Positions 47,464 through 56,172 of a DNA stretch of 56,172 nt are shown here, piece after piece. Source of the stretch: Nemertoderma westbladi. Taxonomy: Eukaryota > Animalia > Xenacoelomorpha. The notes beneath the pieces were generated by a model, which worked only from the letters and a program-made list of their open reading frames with translations, was not told the DNA's origin and searched no databases. Within the stretch, counting starts at the first letter, position 1; each line of letters begins with the position of its first letter. The translations under genes were made by a program, and so were the position numbers. The DNA is taken from contig JAUCBJ010001310.1 in the NCBI GenBank assembly GCA_032718475.1, forward strand, positions 1-56,172, in the 5' to 3' direction.

Positions 47464-48795
47464 ATGGGGTCGACGAGTTTAAATAATGTATTAAAATTGA
47501 ACCGTGTGAATCAGAAATTTATTACCCGTCGTTTAACCGGATTTCGCAGTCTGATAACTGGGAGCAAAGTAGCGACCGATTCGCCAAGACCACTGAACCA
47601 TGTCCTCGCGAGAGGCGCAGCGAACTCGCAAATTAACAACCAGTTTACGAGCGAAGACGACGAATACAAATACTCTTACCGGGAGATCAGCAAAAAAATA
47701 TCTGCCTTCTTTTACCACCCAGCGATCGATGCTGCGGCCGCTCGCCAGATCGTACGTCTCTCGCCCTCCTCGTTGATGTACCAGGGACCGCAATCAGCAA
47801 GCGAACCTTCAATACATATCTTACGCAGTGCGCAGTTCCTCCAGAAAGAGTTGCCAGTTCGAATCTCTCGTCGAATTATCGGGTTCCGTCAACTTCCTTT
47901 CATCGTTGGCTGCAACCCAACCATCCTTCACGTACATGAGATGTACATTCGTGCTTTCCACATGGTCAAAAACTTTCCACAGATTAAAGACAGGCAAATC
48001 GAGGGCGAATTCTCTTTGATGCTTCGAAACTTACTAGAGGATCACCGCAACGTTATCCATCAGCTCGCCTCCGGGTTCAAGGAGTGCCGTAGACACTTAC
48101 GAAACGAGAATATAGTCCAGGAATTCCTCGACGAAACTCTAACCTCGAGGTTGAAGATCCGATTAATGTGCGAGCATCATATCGCCTTCCACGACGAACG
48201 CCCAAACCATGTCGGCATCATCAACAAACGCGTCCCGCTCGCCAAGGTCATCACGAACGCAAGCGAGTACTCTGCGCGTATCTGCGAGATGCGATACGGT
48301 GTGGCTCCCGACGTTAACATACACGGCCACACACAAGCGTGCTTCCCGTACATTGTGTCTCCTCTGGACTATATACTAGCGGAACTGTTAAAGAATGCGA
48401 TGCGAGCTACCGTGGATCATTCGAAGTCTATGAAATCACCGGTGCATCCAATCGATATCACTATCAGCAGTAACGATGTCGATTTCATAATTAAGATTAG
48501 TGATAGAGGAGGTGGAATCCCTCACAGCAATGTAGATAAAGTTTATGAATATCATTACACAACGGCAGAGGAAGAAGCGGAAGCAGACATGGACCACAAC
48601 CCCATGGGACATATGATATCTCAGGTTAATAACGCAATCCCGATGCACGGGTACGGTTTCGGTCTACCCACCTGCCTCGCCTACGCGCGGTACCTGATGG
48701 GAGACCTGACGATGGAGTCGATGCAGGGTATCGGTACCGATATGTACCTACGGTTGAGACACATCGACGGAAAAATGGAGAGTTTCAAAATATAA
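47464..48795 (+). CDS. BCKDK: Branched-chain alpha-ketoacid dehydrogenase kinase, mitochondrial, 443 aa, single coding exon
   Basis: ELPVRI, LPFIVGCNPTILHVHEMYIRAF (BCKDK-type rather than PDK), ELLKNAMRAT (N box), ISDRGGGI (G1), PMHGYGFGLP (G2), C-terminus ESFKI; basic, acid-poor N-terminal presequence. Confidence 0.96.
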   Translation: MGSTSLNNVLKLNRVNQKFITRRLTGFRSLITGSKVATDSPRPLNHVLARGAANSQINNQFTSEDDEYKYSYREISKKISAFFYHPAIDAAAARQIVRLSPSSLMYQGPQSASEPSIHILRSAQFLQKELPVRISRRIIGFRQLPFIVGCNPTILHVHEMYIRAFHMVKNFPQIKDRQIEGEFSLMLRNLLEDHRNVIHQLASGFKECRRHLRNENIVQEFLDETLTSRLKIRLMCEHHIAFHDERPNHVGIINKRVPLAKVITNASEYSARICEMRYGVAPDVNIHGHTQACFPYIVSPLDYILAELLKNAMRATVDHSKSMKSPVHPIDITISSNDVDFIIKISDRGGGIPHSNVDKVYEYHYTTAEEEAEADMDHNPMGHMISQVNNAIPMHGYGFGLPTCLAYARYLMGDLTMESMQGIGTDMYLRLRHIDGKMESFKI

Positions 48796-48981
48796 TAATA
48801 TAAAATATATACTGACTTGTTTTTCTACCTTTTTTGTTTGCTAAAACTACAGGTAATTCGTGCGCTATAACAAGCACTCATAACTCTGCACAGGTTGATA
48901 ATTTTGAACATAACTTCTTAATATTATGTGGAATTTTATTTAATAAACCAGCAGTATTGCTTGCTTTCTAGTTGTTACTAA

Positions 48982-49470
48982 AGGGCCATCCTTAAATTAC
49001 GTAACGCAAGGGTGGGGGCAGGGTGTCCGTCCAACTTATCGTGACGGTTTGTGACATAGGGCAGGGGGGAGGTTGGGTTTGAAAAAAAACGTGACATAAC
49101 GAAATTGTCTAGTGGATTACCCTATATAACTACTTTCAGTTTGGTGCCCAGCCAGGCAACCCCTAGTATGACTCTACCACATCATTGTAGATTACATCCA
49201 ACGGTAGGTACACTAGGTCTATGTCAATCGCCTAAACTGAGCTCGCTCTCCTGCCGTATGCTGACCAATAAGTAAAGGACCAGAACAAAATATTTCATGC
49301 AAATATTAAGATAAATATATGGTTACTATGATTAGTATACAGTTATTTAATTTGGAACTTATTTCTTGGCGTGACGTGGGGGGTGGGGTGGGGGGGTGTC
49401 CGAGCTTAACAGAGGGTGGAGGGGGTCAAAAATGGTCTAAAAAAGCGTTACGAAATTTAAGGAAGACCCC
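48982..49470. mobile_element. PIF/Harbinger-like MITE
   Basis: AGGGCCATCCTTAAATTACGTAACGC versus GCGTTACGAAATTTAAGGAAGACCCC; TAA/TAG flanks; G-runs and GTGAC motifs. Confidence 0.8.
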
Positions 49471-49867
49471 TAGTGAGTCATATTTATATAATTTAACAGT
49501 GTATATTTTAATTGTATGTAAAGCCATGGTGTTCGACTAACATATTTAACTAAAAAACTACGATTAAAAAATATCAATAAGTGTTGGCAACGATTTTTCA
49601 TGAAATAAACTTTATAGTCGATTTATTTCAAAATCGTAAAAATCACAAGAATGTTGTAATAAAGTGGTCATGTTTAAAAATGCTTTTCAAAGAAAAAAGG
49701 TTTTCTGGAAGGCGATGTTACATCTCCGTTAAGTCGACAACAAGTATTAATATGCCTCCTATTGTACCAGCAAATAAAGATAATAATAATTAATACCGGT
49801 AATAACTATATCCACTTATTTCATATAAATCCCATTAACAAATCAACTTTTTTTTTATAATGAATTT

Positions 49868-49970
49868 TAATTATTTATTGCATGGAAAAGACGTAGGACT
49901 ATTCTCACTATGCTCTCAAATCTTTATTGACCACACCAGTCATACTTTTTTCCCATGCAATGAATAATTA
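49868..49970. repeat. Short inverted repeat / mini-MITE
   Basis: TAATTATTTATTGCATGG versus CCATGCAATGAATAATTA; the left arm recurs at ~50447. Confidence 0.5.
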
Positions 49971-51325
49971 TTACATCACGACTTTACCTTATTTATAAGA
50001 TTACAGTGAAATGATTTAAAGCCAGCGAGTATATATGCTAAATCTTATAATTACGACTTGCAGTAATTATGTAACTTTATTCGGAATTGGAAATATTCAT
50101 TAAAAAGGCTCTAATTATTAAATACTATATCTAAATGTTAAACATTAAATTATTACCGATGTCATGTAGGGCAGGCCTACCGATAAACCGGTACAGTTTT
50201 CAGATAGTCCGTGAAATGAAAGTAAATGGTTGGCAACCTGTACACTGGTAATGGGCCCAACTTCTATGCTGTGTACTATCGACGCTACTGCTTTCTTAGC
50301 TGCCGTAAAACAATTTTTACTAGCCGAAAAGGGAAAAGTTGTATAACCTCTTCTACCTGGAGTGTCCCAGCTGACCTGGTAGTATTTTTTCCTATTTGTG
50401 ATCTGCATTTCCTCTAAATAGTAATATTTTCATCGGCCTTGTAAAGTAATTATTTATTGCATTTACCGAGCGCCACAAGGTTAATAAAGAATCGAGAGCA
50501 TAATGAAAATATGTTTCACGTTATTTATTTTTTATCTTTTTTAAAAATAATTATAGAATATATAATTATTATCACACCTTTTTAGTAATTTCCTAACAAC
50601 AGCCCACATTTTAAAAACACCCTCGATATTTATCTTATACAGTATTATAGTATAAAAATATATTTACAATGGCTGGGATGCCAAAAAAATATCCACTTAA
50701 TATATAGTACATGGTTAACCATTAACTATTTACCATATTATATTACCGTAGTAGTTTTTTTGCTAATTTTTGTAATCAATATTTACCTCTTAAACCGGCA
50801 CTGCTTTAACCTGAATGTTTTGAAATCCTTCCTTTATTTCTAACCAATTATTCCGCGTTTGGCATATAAAATAGTCCTTTGGGTATTAAGTTAAGCTTGC
50901 GTTTGTAATCTACTATTTTTTCTATGAATACTCGATTTTGTGTGCACTTGGCAGTATATTATATACCGAATACGATATAAACTGCAGTGATTAATTACTT
51001 CTGAGTGTAATTAATATTCATAAGATAGCTATTTCTTAATATATACTGTACTACACACCCCATCCTCATTCATTACTTAAGTCTAAATTATTTGTCAGCC
51101 ATTAATCATTTCACAGTTAGTTTGTAAGCTGTGGAAAATAATAAATACCTTGCTTCTGGTGCTTAAAGGCCAGTTTCCGCGCTGCTTTTTTCCGAGCTAT
51201 TTTAAGGCCAGTTTACGCTTTAATAGATACTAGCCATATAAAATGGTTATTTATGCGGGGCGAGTCAGAACTGCGATCCATCAGCGGACTGTTATAATTA
51301 TACTATGGCCGTTTATCCAAAAGTT

Positions 51326-52072
51326 TGTGGGGGTGTCTTTCAGCTGTGTGGCTGGTCTGTGGGGGTGTCTGTCAGCTGTGTGGCTGGTCTGTGGGGGTGT
51401 CTGTCAGTTGTGTGGCTGGTCTGTGGGGGTATCTCTCAGCTCTGTGGCTGGTCTGTGGGGGTGTCTGTGAACTGTGTGGCTGGTTTGTGGGAGGTGTCTA
51501 TCAGTTGTGTGACTGGTTTGTGGGAGGTGTCTATCAGTTGTGTGGCTGGTCTGTGGGGGTGTCTGTCAGCTGTGTGGCTGGTCTGTGGGGGTGTCTGTCA
51601 GCTGTGTGGCTGGTCTGTGGGGGTATCTCTCAGCTCTGTGGCTGGTCTGTGGGGGTATCTGTCAGCTGTATGGCTGGTCTGTGGGGGTGTCTGTCAGCTG
51701 TGTGACTGGTCTGTGGGGGTGTCTGTCAGCTGTGTGGCTGGTCTGTGGGGGCGTCTGTCAGTTGTGTGGCTGGTCTGTGGGGTGTCTGTCAGCTGTGTGG
51801 CTGGTCTGTGGGGGTGTCTGTGAACTGTGTGGCTGGTTTTTGGGAGGTGTCTGTCAGTTGTGTGGCTGGTCTGCGGGGGTGTCTGTCAGCTGTGTGGCTG
51901 GTCGTGGCTGGTCTGTGGGGGTGTCTGTCAGTTGTGTAGCTGGTCTGTGGAGGTGCCTGTGAACTGTGTGGCTGGTTTGTGGGAGGTGTCTGTCAGCTGT
52001 GTGGCTGGTCTTTGGGGGTGTTTGTCAGCTGTGTGACTGGTCTGTGGGGGTGTCTGTCAGCTGTGTGGCTGG
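51326..52072 (+). repeat. 32-bp minisatellite, ~23 copies
   Basis: Consensus CTGTGTGGCTGGTCTGTGGGGGTGTCTGTCAG, head-to-tail with recurring variant units. Confidence 0.97.
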
Positions 52073-52106
52073 ATGTGTGTATTGGAAGCACGACTGGCAT
52101 CGAATC

Positions 52107-52394
52107 GGATAGGTCTAATTAAGGACAATCAATACTGTTGTATTGAGGAGTCAAAAACAGTCAAAAAGACCTACCAACAGTCAGAAAAACTCACCAACAG
52201 TCAGAAAACAGTCCCAGATAGTGTACCAACAGTCAAGGGTTTCAAAAAATTCCCATTATCTAAATAATTAAAATAAATATAAATAATAATAATATTAAAA
52301 TAATAAAAATAAAAATAAAAAATTAATTCGAAATAATCAAAATTATATCAGCTGATATCCGTAACTAATGTATTGTCCTTAATTAGACCTATCC
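52107..52394. mobile_element. MULE-like MITE (288 bp)
   Basis: 9-bp TSD CATCGAATC (52098-52106 / 52395-52403); TIR GGATAGGTCTAATTAAGGACAAT; internal ACCAACAGTCA repeats. Confidence 0.88.
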
Positions 52395-53534
52395 CATCGA
52401 ATCGAAAGCAATTCTTCAGCTTCGATTTCCCATAAATTTTTCGATTCGAATCAGCGCGATTTCGATTCGTCTCAGGTAAAAAAATTCGACTTTCAATTCG
52501 ATTATTCAACCCTAACGATATTTGACAGTAACGATATTTGCCATAACATGTCAAATGTTACAATGTCAAATATCGACATACTGTAGGCCTACCCGATTAA
52601 TAACGATATTTGACAGTAAATAGACCTAATTGTTTTTTTGTCACAAAATAGACTGCCGCACGCCGTCAGTAAGATTACTCGGGACGACACGATCATCAAG
52701 TTCGGATCGGCGAGTAATGGCATATGACTACCGGTACAGTACTGTAGCTGTACTTTGCACTGGTAAGTACGAAATTGCAGAATAACAATTTGACACCACC
52801 TAGCGGATTAATATATGATTGTATATCGAAAGGATACATTTAAAGCATGGGCTATGGAGTCCGAGCCACGAAGTTGGCGGAGCCTTTGCGAACTGACTAT
52901 CTATTAGGGGGGTAGGTCAATTAAGGCAAATAGTTCATTCAATAATGGTACTGTATGTCATCATCGTCACTGCGATTTTGAATTACTTATAACTTCGTCG
53001 GATTTAAAGCAGTCGAGTCGAAAATTAGTAGGCATCAATAAGACCATAAGTTGAGATATTTTAGGGACTTTCAGACACCATTAAATCAACAGTCTCTCGC
53101 TATAGGCCTACATGTCTAGACATTAAATATCCTCATTTCTTTGCTTTAAATTTTTTCTTTTAAATTTTAAACTTATTTGCTTTGGTTTGAAGCCGTTCTA
53201 GCTTAAACTTGGCATATTTGTACTAGAACTAAATATTTGAACATTAACTGCATCATTCAGAGGCTCATCCGTCTGCAGTTCTCCAGTCTGCCCCTAGAGG
53301 GCGAAATATCTCAAAATTGCTCAATTTTAATTTGTATCTCATAAATGAGCCTCGTGCTGCGCGTGCACGAACGTGTTCTTGGTCGTCTTGCGTCATATTT
53401 ATTATCCACTCCCTACAATGAGAATGTAGTGGTTGCAAATAGGCAATGGTTGTTGGGAGGTCATGAGGATGTAAATTGAAGACATACAGCATATCAGGTA
53501 ATATTTCGAGGTCCGCTATCGCCGCTGGCTATTT

Positions 53535-53722
53535 TGAGCCGATATCGGAATGATTAGAACTCCAGACTTCAACCGTGGAAGTCACCAGTTCGATCCCATC
53601 TGGACGTCATTTATACCGAATTTGCTAAGCGGTGCTCAACAAAAACTCGAATTGTTGACGAAACCAACAATCCCGATTTATTATAGAGAATGTAAACCTG
53701 CTGATGTATAAAATACATACAT
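53535..53722 (+). mobile_element. Possible decayed tRNA-derived SINE
   Basis: B-box-like AGTTCGATCCC at ~53587 and ATACATACAT tail; A box unclear. Confidence 0.3.
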
Positions 53723-55244
53723 TTTGTTTACATCGATACAAGTCTATACAATCAGTGTGAGTGTATATAATATACTTAATTCAATAAAAATTATATTTAG
53801 AGGGAGCTTGTGGTAGCCAAGCCAACATAAAATACCACAACCTATGTGACACCATGAGTGACACACAAAACACAATAACAGAGCCAATTTTTATATCAGC
53901 ATGTATTTACACAATCTGCACTGCAACACGCCTGCACCAATAATATAAATACCGTACATAGACAGAAATCATAAAATAAATCAATAAATATACCGGAAAA
54001 GAGGTTGAATCAATTTTATCTCAAAATACAAACAATGTTGAGATACAGTAACCATATAGTGATTCAATTAAATCTTCGGAATTAATTAAACATTTAACAC
54101 ATATATTGAAACCTGTAACTACGAAATATAGTAATTATATGTTTTTTTTTATTTTTATATATTGTTGTTACCATAACCACACGTTATGTACTATATATAT
54201 ATATATACCCATAATAAAATCTCATTAAATTAAATCTGACTTTCAAAACTAAATAATTTCAAATTAAAATTCTGCGGACCACTCATATCCACTCTGGAAA
54301 TTGAACTATCTAAATTGAGCAAAAAAATATGTTATATGTCTAACGGTACTCATTTTTATCTCAGATTGCACATCTTTACTTTAAAAAAATACATGAACCA
54401 TTATTCCGTTTTATGACCAAAATTAGATATATTTCTTGAGCGAGACTCAATGTTTCCGAATCTGTGCACGCCCAAAAATACTACGAAATATAAACTCAGT
54501 AAGTAGACGCAAATATATATAGATCATTAAAACTTGTCAATCTATGTATTTAAAAAGCTAAAAGCACATATTTCTGTTCGGAATATCCCTCTTCTTCGTT
54601 TTACAGAAAACTCCACTGGTTTATTAATGATTTAATTATTATTATTTACTGAGCATTATTATTATATCGTTAATTATTATTGGTAGTGCATAATAATTAT
54701 CCAACCAGAATGCGTAGCACTATTACCGGTAGATCAGTAACAATGAATTAATTTTAATTTAGAATTGTGCGACCGCATAGACCACCATATATATTGCGTT
54801 TTATAAATTCATTATTATTATTAACAACTGAATCGTTTGCTAAATCGGTCACCCACACGCAAATATTGAATTTACCTAAACACTTATTATAAAATACAAC
54901 TAGTACAGCAGTTAAAAGCACACTCATGTATGTATAATTTCATAATATATACATACCGTAATGCAGACAGACTAGACTATAGGTAACTAGACTATATACC
55001 AACACTCCTCATGTCAATGTGGTCAAAATCACTAATATTATAAGTGATAAATGATGAAAAAGTACCATTTACAGTTAAATTAAATACAAAATTAATATTA
55101 TTCAACTCTTATTTCTATATTGCCTGGCGCAAATAAACGACAGGTTTGGGTTTGTGTGACTATTTACAATAACCTCTGAGGCAATTGGTCTAACCGGAAG
55201 TGTCGAAAAAGGTCAGAGTTGAGTAAATAAACTAAGTAGGTCAA

Positions 55245-55772
55245 TCAATCAGGTCGCGTCATATATAATCGGGGAATCTCCTCTATTCGAATAACATACT
55301 CCTGCATAGCTGATGTACTGGAACAACGCTGTCTAGAAAGTCGCCAACACAACCCCAGTTTAGTGTACAACCTACTGTTCTCCCATTCCAAAGCCTTCTC
55401 CACTGCGTGGCGGCATCGTTTACTGAGACATACGACAGGCCACATTGAACAGCCCAGTGTACAACAGCAGCAGAGAAAGCCGCAGATCAGCCAACGCATG
55501 TTTAATGGGAACGTGTCGAGTAATATGTCGTTGATACGATCGATGCTCAGTTTGAATTCCTCCGGGGCAACTTTGGCGGCCAATCGGGAAGGGAATTCGT
55601 TATTAAACTGGTTATTTAGACCGAATATCGTCGCGTTTCCATTTCCCCGTATTATGATCGGGTCGGGGACTGGTTCAGGCACTACCGGGGGGTCGTTTTC
55701 TACTGTCTCCACGTAAATCGCATCAGCGTCAATGTCGCTGTCAACCGGATTTGGGTATGCCGCTTCCGCCAT
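55245..55772 (-). CDS. CHIC2: Cysteine-rich hydrophobic domain protein (CHIC1/CHIC2, Erf4/GOLGA7-like family), 175 aa, single coding exon
   Basis: PDPIIIRGNG..IFGL, KVAPEEFK, WLICGFLCCCCTLGCSMWPVVCLSKR, LEWEN.RLY.KLGL.W and C-terminal RPD; probably a pro-orthologue of CHIC1/2. Confidence 0.93.
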   Translation of the reverse strand: MAEAAYPNPVDSDIDADAIYVETVENDPPVVPEPVPDPIIIRGNGNATIFGLNNQFNNEFPSRLAAKVAPEEFKLSIDRINDILLDTFPLNMRWLICGFLCCCCTLGCSMWPVVCLSKRCRHAVEKALEWENSRLYTKLGLCWRLSRQRCSSTSAMQEYVIRIEEIPRLYMTRPD

Positions 55773-56172
55773 TAGTAGGCCTGTCTGATGTACAACACTG
55801 TAATACTACCTGCTCGTGGGTTCCGGATTCCCTGCTATTTATTAAAATAGTTGGGTTGGAGTTACTTTCGTCAGCCTGTCTGCACTGCACTCCCGCAGTT
55901 CAGTTCAGTTGAGCAGTTGATCTTTGTGTCGTCGTGAGAAAGGAAATCTACCGTATCCGTGTATCCGTACAGCTTTCAGGCTTTATGCCCTTAATTCAGC
56001 AGATGTAGATGTGTAGGCGTAGGGCCAGCCAGGCCATACACAGCAACATACAGACATCTGGACATATTCAGTCAGCTACAGAGCTGGTACTGTGGTAGCT
56101 CAGTCTGTCAGTACCAGACTGCCAGAGTACTGCAGTACAGCAGTAGGTACGCCTACGCGGAAATGATTGATT

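Noticed and set aside
51326-52072. CRISPR-like 32-bp periodic array and its overlapping Cys/Trp/Gly-rich ORFs
   Set aside because: Units are head-to-tail with no unique spacers, there are no cas genes and the context is eukaryotic; the ORFs arise because the unit lacks stop codons

Overview
AT-rich, transposon-dense animal (probably invertebrate) genomic DNA. It carries three intact host genes: a K-Cl cotransporter (KCC/SLC12A4-7 family, 7899-10967 +), BCKDK (47464-48795 +) and CHIC1/2 (55245-55772 -). All three have completely intronless coding sequences although their orthologues are normally multi-exon. There is also one tRNA-Gly(CCC) gene. Most of the rest is mobile DNA: a full-length but inactivated RTE LINE, a 5'-truncated RTE-X/L2-like LINE with an open ORF, about 15 MITE-type elements, and micro/minisatellites. 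A four-level nest at 33088-45179 (MULE MITE > hAT MITE > CR1 LINE > intact autonomous Sola2) has a readable target-site duplication at every layer. Other notable signals: a candidate -1 frameshift site joining CR1 ORF1 to an AUG-less ORF2, strong enrichment of the palindrome TAGGCCTA and of micro-duplication scars near gene 5' ends, and a perfect IR1 nuclear-receptor element. All calls were made by eye; superfamily and clade names rest on TSDs, termini and motifs and were not checked against databases.
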